Part shown: positions 27,746 through 41,640 of the stretch, piece after piece | Layout of the letters: each line of letters starts with the position of its first letter | How positions within the stretch are numbered: position 1 is the stretch's first letter | NCBI RefSeq assembly: GCF_009914755.1 | Contig: NC_060927.1 | Source: the human T2T-CHM13v2.0 reference genome, Homo sapiens | DNA length: 64,000 bases | Reading direction: 5' to 3' (one strand) | The notes under the pieces: model-generated | Seen by the model: only the letters and a program-made list of their open reading frames with translations | Told to the model about the DNA's origin: nothing | Databases searched by the model: none | Made by a program: the position numbers and the translations under genes

Positions 27746-28084
27746 TTATTTTCAGAATTGAGCTTATTATTTCCTCATTCCTACTATTTTCTCCCAACTC
27801 CCCTTTCTGACTCTCTCTCTTTTTCTTAATAGAAAATTATCATAGTAATAAATTCACATGGATTAAGAAAAAAAGTAATACTAAAGGGGTAATGATAAAA
27901 AGCAAGAGTCACATCTCTCACCCTTTTCAAACTGAGCCTTACTCTACAAAAGTAACTATTTTTAACATTTTCTTCTGGTAGTTATCTCCATATTTCAGAT
28001 AATATGCTTATATAAGTTTTTCATTTTTAAATAAGATTTGTACATGCTAAATAAAATTCCAAAAAAAAAGTGCAAAACGGACCA

Positions 28085-28490
28085 TGTGTGCTTGCCATGA
28101 ACACGTGCCTCTCAGGTATTTGAGTGATTGACCAAGGGCCCCAGTGCTATATTCTGAAATCCATCCCCACACACAGAGGCCATGATTCAAGGGTGTGAGG
28201 GATACTAAGGCAGGACCATTCTTGGGAGATGAGGGACTCCTTAGAAGAGCAACTTTGGCTTGAGCACTGTCCATCAGCTTTGCTGAAACCTCCTTAGACT
28301 GCACCACATCTAACATTTTTCCTACCCAACCTTCCTTCTTTCACAGACTTGCATCATGGTCTCCAGAGGAGACTCAGTCTCCTGGGCTCTTCCACCTCCC
28401 TCCCCATTTTCCCTCACAGATGTTCCCCAATAAATCTCTTGCACTTATCCTGCCTTGACATCAGCTCCTTGGAAGACCTGAACTAACACA
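28085..28490 (+). mobile_element. ERVL 5' LTR (LTR16-like)
   Basis: 'ccccaataaatctcttgcac...gacctgaactaacaca' LTR 3' end with AATAAA, immediately followed by a tRNA-Leu-type PBS; left boundary approximate. Confidence 0.75.
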
Positions 28491-30835
28491 GTGGTGCCAA
28501 GAGTGGTCTGAGAATAGGGGCAATAAAATGAGGTTCTGAGACTGACTCCCAAAAGACAAGTGAGCAAAGAGGACACTATCCTGAATGTTGTGTGTAGCAC
28601 AGATGGTCTCCAACATGCAGTGGTGATCTAATCACTGGAAAATGTCTCCATGAAGGGAGATGTCATGGCAGATGCAATGAGTCAAGCATTTGAAAAACTT
28701 TGGGGGAAACAGTGTCTACAAAGACAGTGGGGTGTCCAGTTATAGCTAAAATGTACTGACTCCCTGCAGAGAGATTATAAGGAACAAGGGCCATTAATAA
28801 GCAGTTGAAGACTAAATGTGAGAGCCAGAAGGCCTCTTTGGTAGCTTACAAAGATGCAGCTAAGAATAGAATGAGGAAAAGACAAATCGATAGATAAAGT
28901 TGCAGAGCTCCAGAACATTTGAGCATTAAGGCAAGGTAGGACTGCTATGCTAAAATCAGGGCTCTGGTTGGAAAATACTGGGACCCTGAAACAAGGGATG
29001 GGATCATCAGGAAAGATGTCTCTGAAGACGTTGATTCTACAGCTACCTCCCCCTTAAACCTTCAGAGTTTGCAGAAGTGGCTCAGCGCTTCCTAGTGAGG
29101 GTAACATTACCCCTGTGCTGGAAGATACTGCAGATATCCTTTTCCCAGGGGACCTACTCTCTCCAGAACTTTCCCCAATCCTCCCTCCAGACTGATATGC
29201 CAATAACTAGGTTAAATCCCAGCATAGCCAGGCTAGGGAAGTGCTAGGCTTGGTAAAGGAGAATCAGGATTATATATGAAAGAAGCTGCAAGAATTAGCC
29301 AGCATGTCCCACGAGGAGCCAAGGGAATATTACTGATTGGATTTTTTTAAGGTGCTTGATTAAGGGAATTAGAATATAAAACTGGATTACCAAGATTTTA
29401 TTGACTTTGGGACACTTTTTGGGATATAGGATTTAACATCTTGGCAAGGACTCCAGGAAATGAAGAAAACTTGTATGTGGAGTGACTCTTTGAGGCTGGA
29501 AGAAAGTGGTGGCCTGTGTGGAGTGGCGTACAAATGCCCACGCTCAGGAGGAAAGAAAGAGTCTAAAGAAAGTGGGCTTACAGGGATGGGTCCTCGGGAA
29601 GGCTCAGAGGACCCAGCATTCAGCAAGGCTATCACAATGTGCTGGAGAGTGGATACCAGCATCGCTGTGAAGGTCTCCTACAGACAGGGCTGATGGTAGC
29701 TGAGGCACACAGCTGGGCTTGTTAATGTCATTCCAAAGCTAATGGGGCCTGAAGTAATAGAGCCAGATGGTGGCAGTTATGCACTAGAAACCAGGGAGCT
29801 GTGGAGATGGTTCATAGACCATGGTGTCCCCGGGGCAAAGTAGATAGGCAGCCTACAAGGATATTGCTTAAGATCATCAAAAACAGTCAAGAATGGAGGA
29901 GCAGGAGGCTGAGGGCGGTCAAGCCAATAAAAAGTCATGATCTGCTCAGTTCCCGGACTTGAGCTGATTTTCAGATCTAGAACCCACTGAGTCACGAGAT
30001 GCCATACCATAACAAATATATAGTGTGACCATTCCCCTCATTCTTCCCCAAAGGGATGTGTAGTCATTTACTCCAGTGACTGTACAATGCAGAAAGAGAT
30101 GTACTCTGATATTTTGAGTGCTATTGGACACAGGGTCTGAGTAGAAATTGATACTTGGAGACATAAAGCATCACCATTAGAATGGGGACTACAGGAACCA
30201 AGTAATAAATGGAGTCTTGGCTAAAGTATGGCTCACAGTGGGCACACTGAGTCTGTGAATACACCCAGGAGTCATTTCCTCAATGCCTAAGCATATCATT
30301 GGAAATGATATGCTTGCAGTTGGAGTAGCCCCCTGATGGGGTCCTTGGCCTGTTGAGTAGAGTTATCATAGTGGGGAAGGCCAAACGGGAACTTCTGAAC
30401 CTTCTTCTAACCACCTCCAATGCTGGGCCAATATAGGAAATTAAACATAATATATTCTAGGAAAGGAGAGGAGCAGAGACTATTTCCCCTCATTGAAGTC
30501 CTGAAGGAGACAGAAGTGATAGCCCCCATCATATCCACATTTATGTCACCATTCTGGCCTCTGCAGAAACTGAATTAATCCTAAAGAATGACTGTAGACT
30601 CCTGCAAGGACTAGTAGCCCCCACTGTAGCTGCTGTGACAGACATAAGATTTTTCCTAGAACAGATGAATACAGCTGCAAGTACATGGTATGTGGTCACT
30701 GATCTGGTGAATGTCTTCTTTTCAATCCCAATGAGAAAAGAAGATCAAAAATAGCTAGCGTTCATGTGAAACGACCAAGATATTCATGTAGTATGCTCAA
30801 GGCTATATTAACTTTCTTGCTTCTGTTGTAATATA
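28491..30835 (+). mobile_element. Decayed ERVL internal region (HERV16/ERVL-like gag-pro-RT remnant)
   Basis: PBS tggtgccaagagtgg at 28492-28506; protease VLLDTGSE (DTG at 30127-30135); RT motifs SPFWPLQK..RMTVD, WYVVTDLVNVFFSIP and QGYIN with many stops and frameshifts. Confidence 0.88.
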
Positions 30836-31566
30836 CAAGCATGTTTTGTTTCATTGCACTCCTTCTTACAGTACTTTACAGATATTGCATTTTTTACAAA
30901 TTGAAGTTTTATGGCAACCCTGCATCAAACAAGTCTATTGGTGCCACTTTTTCCAACAGCCTGTGCTCACCCTGTGTCTCCGTGCCAAATTTTGTAATTC
31001 TTCCATATTTCAAGCTTTTTCATTATTACTATATCTGTTATAGTGATCTGTGATCAATGATCCTTCATGCTACTATTGTAATTGCTTTGGGGCACCTTGG
31101 GCTGCACCCATATAAGATGGCTAACTCAGTCAACATGGTATGTGTTCTGAATGCTCACTGACCAGCCATTCCTCCATGTCTTTGCCTCTCCTCAGGTCTC
31201 CCTATTCACTGAGACACAACAATATTGAAATCGGGCCAATTAATAACTCTACAATGGCCTCTAAGTATTCAGCTGAAAGGAAGAGTAACACATCTCTTAC
31301 TTTAAATCAAAATCCAGAAGTGATTAAGCTTAGTGAGAAGGACAAATGGAAAGTCAAGACAGGCCAAAAGTTAGGCCTCTTGTGCCAAATAGTCAAATTG
31401 TAAATGCAAAGAAAGAGTTGGAGGAAATTAAAAGTGTTACTCCAGAGAACATATGAATGATAAGAAAGTGAAGCAGCCTTACTGCTGACATGAAGAAAGT
31501 TTTAGTGGTCTGGATAGAAGAACAAACCAGCCACAATGTTCCCTTAAAGCCAAAGCTTAATCCAAA
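30836..31566 (+). mobile_element. Tigger1 5' portion including decayed transposase N-terminus
   Basis: Begins after TA (30834-30835) with Tigger1-like TIR; ATG 31254 gives MASKYSAERKSNTSLTLNQ...KLGLL, then 'KKVLVVWIEEQTSHNVP'. Confidence 0.92.
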
Positions 31567-31569
31567 AAT

Positions 31570-31820
31570 CTTCCCAGGAACAAAAACTAAACATTTAAAA
31601 TTGAGACTCAGAGTAGCATCAGATCTCTCAAAGGAAGATTTGAGTATAATGAACATTGGAGCGATCCTTTCACGTTATGAGAAAAATGATTTTCAACCTA
31701 TTCTATACCCTGCCAAACTATCAATTAAGTATGAGGGCTGAATAAAGAGACTTTCAGATCCAAGCAAACAAAAAGTTTACTTTGTGTGCACTTTTTTGTA
31801 AGATGTCATTTGAGGAAATA
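31570..31820 (+). mobile_element. Old L1 ORF1 C-terminal fragment
   Basis: Translation 'LRVASDLS...NDFQPILYPAKLSIKYEG' resembles the L1 ORF1p C-terminal domain. Confidence 0.7.
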
Positions 31821-31849
31821 CAATGAGAGAGAACGTTTTTATCTTACAA

Positions 31850-32400
31850 CACAGTGAGCTCTTGGTGAGCACCTTTTTCATCCACCATTCTAGGTACCCC
31901 GTACCTTTAAATATGAGGACTTGTGTCCTTCAGCTTTGTGAAATTCTTTTCTTATCTTTTCTCTCATCTTTTATATATTTTTATCTTTCAAAATATACTT
32001 TCTGGGAGACTTCCTCTATTTTACTTTTCATTTCAGAAGATAAATTTACTTTTGTATTTTTTTCAGGCAGTCATAGTTTTAAGTGTTTTAAAAATAGAAT
32101 GCTCTTCTTGTTTTGCTTAAACCATAACAAATTACATTCTTAGAAGAGATGAGAAATTAACAGAACAAAACAAGGCTTGTAGTTTATTTCTATAGTTCTA
32201 TTTTGCTTCTCTGAATTCCCTTCTACTTCTAATCTTTTTATGTTAGCTTATCTTCATGTTTCTGTTTCATATTATAGACTTAAGATCTTTGATTCCTCAC
32301 TCATTTTGCAATATAAGGCAACAGGTAGCCTCATTGTAAGCTCTCATGCACTGGTGGAGCAGATCAACAGGGATTTTCCACTCCAGGGCTCAATGGATGG
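31850..32400 (-). mobile_element. Old L1 ORF1 upstream fragment (antisense)
   Basis: Minus strand near 31900-31950 reads 'NFTKLKDTSPHI', resembling the ORF1p RRM start; T-rich on + strand. Confidence 0.55.
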
Positions 32401-32487
32401 TAAACAGGCCATCATGTGCTGAGATCCCTAAATGCTGGAGGTGCCAACACTATAACAGTGGCTGGTTTTACCCAAATAGTTTGCTCT

Positions 32488-33208
<721 letters not shown>

Positions 33209-34204
33209 GTCTATATCTTTAGAGAAGATTTCCTTTCTTTCCATTATTAGGTATATAACTTGACTGCCTGGCATTTTGCACATGGTCAGTGGGGATATAT
33301 GGATGGTGACTGCTGTATCTATACATATTTCCGTATTCTCCCTATATCTAGGCCCTGGTCTCTCCCCTGAGGTCTTGAGCTTCACCAGGAAGGACTTGGA
33401 AGGGCAGACCAACTTCCTTCTTGGCTGTAGCCACCTCTCTGTGTATTCTCAGCTCTTTTCCACTCTGCTACATCAGTCACTACTTCTTTGTCCACTTTTA
33501 GTCTTCCCTAAATATGTTGACTCTCTTGTGCACTGATGGCCCCCCCTTTTCCATCTTGGTTAAAAAGCATTGATAACTTTTTATTATTTATTTAGAATCA
33601 CTAATAAATTTTTAGGAGGGAAGGCATAGATGTGTGTGCTCAATCAATCATTTTAAACTAGAGGTTTAATCTTAACATCATTACTCTCTAAAGCCTCAAA
33701 CGTTATTTTACCACTACCTACAGCACATATCAGTTAGAGCTTAATCTCTCTCACATTCACCTATTCTTTTCCTTCCCACTTCCACTAACTGATTCTGACT
33801 CCCACCACATCTCACTGAGGTTATTACAAATAACTTCCTAACAAGTCAACTCTAGCTTGATATTTCTACCATCCTCCATAAAACATAAATGAAATGATGT
33901 CACTTTCCTACTCAAAAACCTGAATGCTTTCCAATGACTGCAAAATAAAAGTTAAAATTTGCCTGGCATTCGAAGTTCTCAATAATCTGTCCCTCAAAAG
34001 TCCTGTCTCTGTGTCATTTATCAGCTGCTTCTTCCTCCTAGAATGGCCCTGCCTCCCTTTTCCACGGCCTTAAAGCCATATTCTTTTTGAGTTGTAATGT
34101 TTTAATATGAGAGATATCTGCAAATTACATTATAATATATATATGTTCTCATCACCAAACAAGACATTTGTAAATATATTTGTTGGTAAATTATGCTTTT
34201 CTTT

Positions 34205-34908
34205 TGAAAAATTTTTAAAATTTTATGTTTTTGAATATTTATTTTTATTTCAATAGTTTTGGGAGAACAAGTGGTGTTTGGTTGCATGGAAAAATTCTTT
34301 AGTGGTGATTTCTGAGATTTTTGTGCACCCATCGCCTGAGCAGTGTATGTGTAGTCTTTTAACCCTCTCTCCCCTCCCACTTTTTCCCATGAGTCCCCAG
34401 AGACCATTATATCATTCTTTTACCTTTGTGCCTTCATAGCTTAGCTCCTGCTTATAAGTGAGAATATACAATGTTTGGTTTTTCATTCCGGAGTTACTTC
34501 ACTTAGAATAGTGGTCTCCAATTCCATCCAGGTTGCTGTGAATACCATTATTTTGTTCCTTTTTATGACCGAGTAGTATTCTGTGATATATGTATATGCC
34601 ACATTTTCTTTATCCACTCTTTGGTTGATGGGCATTTAGGCTGGTTCCATATTTTTGCAATTGCAAATTGTGCTACTATAAATATGTGTGTCCCAGTGTC
34701 TATTTCATATAATGGCTTATTTTCCTCCGGGTAAATATCCAGTAGTGGGATTGCTGGATCAAACAGTAGTTCTACTTTTAGTTCTTCAGGGAATCTCCAT
34801 ACTGTTTTTCATAGTGGTTGTACTAGTTTACATTCCCACCAGCAGTGTAAACATGTTCCCTTTTCTCCACATCCACACCAACATCTATTTTTTTATTTTT
34901 TAATTATA
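34205..34908 (-). mobile_element. L1PB-like 3' end
   Basis: 'ctttagtggtgatttctgagattt..gtgcacccatc', 'ttataagtgagaa', 'cccagtagtgggattgctggatcaaa'-type motifs. Confidence 0.9.
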
Positions 34909-37900
34909 GTAAAGTCTTATTCTTTATTTAATTTATTCACAACACAGCTAAAGAGCTACTTCCTCCTGGAAGACTTATTTGATTTTTTGCATCCCCTCCT
35001 CATTCCTCTCCCAGTGTCCTTGAAATTCAGGCTCTCCCAAAACACCGGCTGAGCCTCTCTCAGAGCATCTGTTATAGAAAGTCATATGAGCTTCGTGAGG
35101 GTAGAGGCCTGCCGACTCACCATGTGTCTCCACAACTAAGCAGACTGGCTGGTACAAAATAGGAATTCAGGAATTATTTGTTCAAGAAAAATAACTGAAT
35201 TTGCTTTTCTGTCTTTTTAAGAAGTAACCCCCTTCTAAGTTTGCCATGTGGACCTCTGCTCACTGCATTTAGTGCTTGGCACATGACAGCATTAGAAAAT
35301 TATTTGGTGAATGAATGAATGTTATTGCTACCTTGATTTTTTCCAGGGAAACTTTAAAGCCCTGCATATTATCACCTTAGAATCAACCAGCTGAATCTGA
35401 TAAACTACTTTATGCTAAAGTACTAATGGGAAAGGGCTGAAATTCAGGCTCTCAGGAAGTGGTGAGCATTTGAACTAAGGCTGTTTAGAAACCTAACTTT
35501 TATTATCCCTGAAGACCCCAATGGACTAATGGGCCAGCCATTAGTCTGACTGGGGCCCCTGCCTACCTGGATAGTGGAGCGGGAGAAACCAAAAGTCATG
35601 AAGAGAAAGGGAAGGAAACAGAGACAGACAACATCAGTGGGGGCTATGTTTAAATGACAAGACTGCAGCCCAATGACACAAGGACAATGATCGCTGTCCA
35701 AACAGAAGTAGTGACTACACTTGGAGACTTTCAGGATGGCAAATGGGCCTACGGAATAGAGTAAGTCTAAAGGGAACAAACAGTAAAGTAAACATGAATT
35801 AATATTGGGAATCATCCTGATCTTCATACCTCCTCTCCAAAGGGGTAGCAATTATTATTTGTTTGGTTAATAGGTCAACTTGGGTACAAATTTGTGGTGT
35901 TTAGTAGATCAAATTCACTAGGTAACAAGCAAAATATTATTTCTTGTCCTATATACCCACAGACTCCATGGGTATGTAGGACAAGAAATCTTTTTTAATT
36001 GAATGTACTTGGAGGGAAACTGAACCCAAATGCACATGTATTATTGCCATGTTTATGCACACACGTGTCACATATCTGCACACATCCTTGGACATTGAGC
36101 CATTCACAGCACTAAAGGGATTTTTTTTTTCCTTTTTGCTCATCTTTCTCTTTGCAAGGCAGAAGTAGGTTACTCAGTCTTCTCTCCTAAGATGGCTTAC
36201 AGCATTCCTTCAACGATTTAGGACATAAATCAAAGTTTGAGGCCACTCACAGTTTTAACCCAGGGTCTTTCAGGTAAACAGCTAGAGAATTTTGGCTATG
36301 AGGAAAATTTTCTTGCATGGGGTGCTGGGAGGCAAGGAGATTTTCTAGTTTCACTACTTTTCTCCGTTGGCTTTTCTAGGCATGATCCTGTTGTGGGGCC
36401 CGGGGGCCTGAAGCCAGGAGAGAGTTAGCAAATGTTTCCCGTCAGTGTTTCTGAGGATTCCTGACAGAGCCCATCAGAGTTGCCTTTTATCACCACTGCA
36501 CGCTTTAGTGCGTCTGTCGTGGCTCGCAGACATTGTGTTCCCTGCTGGATTAATCCTGCCTGTATTCATACGCAGGATGTGGGCCACAGGGAGGAAGGTG
36601 GGTGGGGAGGAGAAAAGGAGGGGAGAGAGACAGAGGGGGTAGGGACAGTCAGAAAATAAGGTGAGAAGAGAAAAAGAAACTTTGGAAGTATCAAGTGGCA
36701 GACCTAGGCAGAAAAAAAAATAACTAATTTGAAAAATTGGAGCAAAATAAATTTGCACAAATTAAAGATAAAAAAAATCTAAAATGGAAAGCAAAAAAGG
36801 GACCCAAAAAAGGGTAAATCCAAAGTCCCAGAATGTGAGAGGCATTCAACACCAGCACAGACAGACTCAAGCTCCAGGCTGGCACTGCCAGAGGAAGTTC
36901 ATTCTATTTTTAGAAGTTTATAAAGCAAACTGACCACTCATTGGCCACATTATTGAAGCCCTTTTATGTGCAGACCCCATGCTATGACGCATTGGAGAAG
37001 TTCTCATGTGCTCAGTTCTGCCATAAGCTATTCTAAGGCCTAAAGAAGGATATTTAATACATCAGAATCTTGATTTTGCTATCAGTAAATCTGGTACCCA
37101 ATTCAAATCTACTAGAAAAGCACTTTGGCATTCTCTTGATGAAAGATATTTTGGCAAGAAAAAGGACGACTAGCTTAGCATACAATGAATTCTAGTTAGG
37201 AAGGTGCATTTGCATCTCAGTGGCAAAAAGAGCTTCCCTGTCTAGATTGGCTGATACATCAGCTCTTCCAGTGCTGTGGTTCTGAAAGTCTAGCTTCTCA
37301 TTAGAGAGAGTAGAGGCACAGATTCATAAGGTCTCTGTCACTCTGAGTGAGCATCTTGGGGACAAAGACAAAATCTAGTTCATGTCTATGTCCTCTCTGC
37401 ATACCTGATACTTAGTAGGTGCTCAGTTAATTTTGTATTGAGAAGAATCAGGAACGGTACCAGCGAAGCCATAAATAAGAGCTGGGCCTTGAAGCCTTAA
37501 TGGACTGCCTGCATTTGGTATACAGAAGTTATTCGATAAAGGAAGCTTAGCGAGTTTGTGGAGAGGAAAAGAAAAGGAAGGCAGAAGTACAGAGGAATAA
37601 AATGCATGCTGAATTTAAGGAACAGATAAGTGGTTAAGTGTGGCCAGGTCATTGTCTCCCAAGATTTGCTGGAGGAACTAGTTTTGACAAGCAGATTCCT
37701 GAGGTCTCTACACCCAGAATTTCTGATTCGTTAGCCCTGAAGTTCAGCAATGGCATCTACATTTTAAACAAGCACTACCAGTTTATTTTGTTGCAAACTA
37801 TACATTAGGAAACACAAGCACAGAGATTGGAGGGCAGAGAAAGGGGGGTGAGTGGTATGAGTGTGTGGAAAAATGAGCCCAGGGTTGGTTGAGAAGAGTT

Positions 37901-38619
37901 TGGAGTCTGTCCAGGAAGGGAGCCCTCCAGGGTTTCTAAGCAGAGTAGAGACAGAGCCAGATCTGTGATGGAAATCAACCATTCTTTACTAAAGCTCAGG
38001 TCATTTTCTCCTTGCTTCTGCTCCATTAGATATCATTGCTTCAAGCGCCCTGAACAAATAACATTTCATGAAAGCCTCCAGGTTTTGTAGGATCCAGGGT
38101 TCCAGTTACCAGTGGAATGTGAAGTTCACAGGCCGCGTTCAGGCTTGCAGGGAGAGGATTAATTAGTTAAAAAGGCAGTTGCACACATAAGTGGGTGTCC
38201 ACACCCCAGTCTGGCCTGGTGTTTTGGTGCACTCATTCAGCCATACAATACTCTCTTCAGTTCTAAGCGCCACCTCTTGAAACAAGTTAAAAAGCAAGTT
38301 CCAAGTGAGATGCCCAAGTGCTATGTTTTACACAGACTAATGATCAACAGCTTTCTGTTTTTATGGGCCTGGCAACCAGACTGGGCTCACACTGCTAAGG
38401 ACATTATAGAAAAGAATTTCTGCTTCAAGCATCTGACTATGCAGCAAAGTGCTGGAAAAGATGTTTCAGATTTTTTAAAAAGTGGGTTTTTTTTCACTAA
38501 AATTATTTGTTTCTAAAAATTTATGCATTGTGGGGTTCTTTTTACATTTAAAAATGCCATATGTTTCATTGTATTGGGGCAGTGAAATTAAAATTCATAC
38601 TTATAATGTGTTTTAGTCT

Positions 38620-38800
38620 TTAATAAACACTTTCTCATGTAATAACACCTTTGATTCTCAAAATAATCTTGTGAGCTGGTTGTTATCATTATCCTCGTTT
38701 TACAGATGAGAAAACAAACTGTAAGCTTCATAACATGTTTAAAGCCACACAGTGAGAAATTATGGGGCAAAAGCCAGTCTCAGGTCTTCTGATCCCAAGA
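38620..38800 (-). mobile_element. MIR
   Basis: 'attatcctcgttttacagatgagaaaac...aggtcttctga'. Confidence 0.7.
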
Positions 38801-39632
38801 TCCGTAATTGCTAAAGGAACTCTGGAAGTGAATGGGAATGAGGATATGTCAGATATCACCCTCACATCTTCACAGTATGCTATAGCTGGGCTCCACTGCT
38901 AGCGCCATCAACATTTTGTTCATTTCAAATATCCATGACAGCGAATGAGGTGGGTGGAGTAACTGGCATCATGTATGCACTGATGGTTGACTGTACAGTT
39001 AATGATGGTGAGACTGTCACTTGTTGGGGATGCTTGTCCAAATGCTTTGTAATTAAAGTATCTCTCAAAACCCTGAAAACAAGATTGCCTATAAGTAAAA
39101 TATAGTTAGCTCTAACAGACAATAAGAGATATTCCAAGTCACCTTAGAGGTAGAATGTCTCTCAACCTTGTAAGATGTGCATATCTTAATATGTCTAAGA
39201 AAATGTGGTAGAATTCACGTGAGCTCTGCATAGGGAAGAACATCCCGACAACTTGATCCTTGCAGATCCAGTGACATAGACACCTTCGCCATAATAATAG
39301 ATGCCATTCAATAGTCAGACCAAAAATACTAACCCTTCTGGGTTATTTCCAAGCTTATAGAGGCAACTCTGGAACTGGACCTCTCTATTTAGGATGTCTG
39401 TGAGGCCTCTGACATACAGGCCACCAGACTGTCCAGGCGACTCCCAAGCTGGCCAAGCACTCACTTCTTTTGAAACATCCTGAGCAAATCCTGCGTGTGA
39501 TGTTCATAGCTCTGGGTTGGGCCTTAACATGTGTGCAGGTCAGCACTAGCCCATGGCTGCTTGAATGGTCCTCCAGTTTTTAAATGAGTGAATTCAAATG
39601 AGCAATGGTGACTTTTCTGCTTGGGTTTTCTG

Positions 39633-39635
<3 letters not shown>

Positions 39636-39668
<33 letters not shown>
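39636..39668. repeat. (T)33 homopolymer
   Basis: Directly counted. Confidence 0.95.
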
Positions 39669-39671
<3 letters not shown>

Positions 39672-39799
39672 TTTTCCACCTCTCTGTTATGTTGAGCTTT
39701 TCTGACCTCTGTTCTTATAGTGCATTTTATCCTCTCTCAGAAAATGTCATACATGCCTTTGCCCTTCTTCTTTCTTCCCCTTTTTAACAGCATGGTCCC

Positions 39800-41640
39800 C
39801 ATTTATTTTTTTGACTTTGTATTCTAAGTAATTTTAGACAGAAAAGATGCAAATATAGTACAGTGAGTTCCCATATGCCCTTCACCCAGTTTCCCTATTG
39901 TTATTATCTTTAACAACCAAATCCAATAATCAAAACTAAGAAATTGTTATCATTACAATACTATTAACTAAACTATGGACTTTCTTTGGATTTTACCAGC
40001 TTTTTTATTAACATACTTCTTCTGTTCTAGGATTCAATCCAGGATCCCAGTCATCATATCTCCCTGGTCTTCTCAATCTATGAGAAGTTTCTTTTCTTGA
40101 CCTTGACACTTCTGAAGAGTATTGGTCAGTTATTTTGCAGAATGTCACTCAATTCTAGTATAGCTATGTTTTCCACTTTGAGGCAAGAATACCACAGAAA
40201 TGATAAGCCCTTCTCAGTGCATCTTACTAACAGCACCTAAAGTCAATATGTCTTTGGTTTTTTGTTGTTGTTGTTATTGTTATTGTTTCTTTTTTTGTTT
40301 TCAGAGACAGGATCTCACTCTGTTGCCCAGTCTGGAGTGCAACAACATGATCATGGCTCCCTGTAACCTTGAACTCCTGAGCTCAAGCAGTCCTCCTGCT
40401 TCAGCTTCCCAAATAGCTGGGACTACAGGTGCATGCCACCAAGCCTGGCTAATATGTCTTATTACTAGTGATGTTAACATTGGTCATGCGGTTAAGGTGG
40501 TATCTTTTGGGTTTCTTTGTCATAAAGATAATTCTTTTTTCAGCTTTGTGATTAATAAATATCTTGGGGGTGATCTTTTGAGACTACTAATTTTAGCATT
40601 AATCAATGGATCTTGAAAAATTACTGCTGTAGTATTCTAATAAATATTTTCTACTTCCCTAACTCCTTCTACATTTATTATTTGAAAGTCTCCTTTAAGG
40701 AAGAGTTGCCATTCTATTTTATTTATTTATCCAATTATTTATTTACATCAGTATGGATTCCTGAATATTTATTGTGTTCTATGGGTTATAATCCAATACA
40801 GTTGCTACTTATTTTACTGTTGTTCTTTGGCTACAGCTGGGCTCCTTTACCCTTTCAATAGCTGCCCCCATCATTTTTTGAGTACTTCCTTACTTTTTCG
40901 GCATCACGAAATACTCCTGGCTCATTTTTCCTGCCCCAGCCCTGGAATCAAACACTTTTCCAAGTATCCTTATTTCTTTTTTCACTGGAGAATAGTATGT
41001 AGAAACCAAGATTTGAGTGCTGGGTGTGCTCACTGCTACTGGGGTGTCATTGTTTTTAACTCCTCTCTGTAGACAGAACTAGGAAATATATGTATGAATA
41101 CTAGGATTGTACTAGGTACATACATAAGTCTGTATTTTTTGTATATATATTTTTAAAACCATGAATTCATACCGATATCTCTGACTCCAATATGACACCA
41201 GAATTCATTCTAGCCTTTTCCCTTTCCCTATTTGTAACTTTTTTCTCGGATAGTGAGAAATTTGGCTTTCATTATTGATGATGTATTTAATTATTAGTTC
41301 AACTGTAGTATACACACAAAGTAGTTTCAGAATTGCTAATCAATACTCCTGTGAGACATAAGTTTACTAACTAGAGTATAGTAGTTGTTTAGCCTCACAG
41401 TATCCAGTCAAAATACTGTTTTCCGAAGTAACTTAGTTTTTTTTCTTCTCCGCTCCCTAAATTACAGTTATGTTAATAATTTGTAATACAGTTGGATTTA
41501 ATTGTTACAGTTTGAATTCCATTTTGAGTCCCCTCCCCCTATTCTGATTGTTATTAAAAATTTACATACAGTAAAGTTTTCTCTTGGAGGAGTATAGTTC
41601 TATGGGTTTTGACAAATGTATGTTATACAATTTTAAGTTG
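39800..41640 (-). mobile_element. L1MC/MD-like long 3'UTR fragment
   Basis: 'gagttcccatatgcccttcacccagtttccct', 'ggtcagttattttgcagaatgtc', 'ccccagccctggaatca'. Confidence 0.75.
40255..40450 (-). mobile_element. Single Alu arm (FRAM / truncated AluJ) with 10-bp TSD
   Basis: TSD aatatgtctt at 40245-40254 and 40451-40460. Confidence 0.9.

Noticed and set aside
31140-31741. TIGD1-like protein fragments as a domesticated gene
   Set aside because: Frameshifted, truncated Tigger1 transposase fused by chance to an L1 ORF1 fragment; a fossil, not an intact gene.
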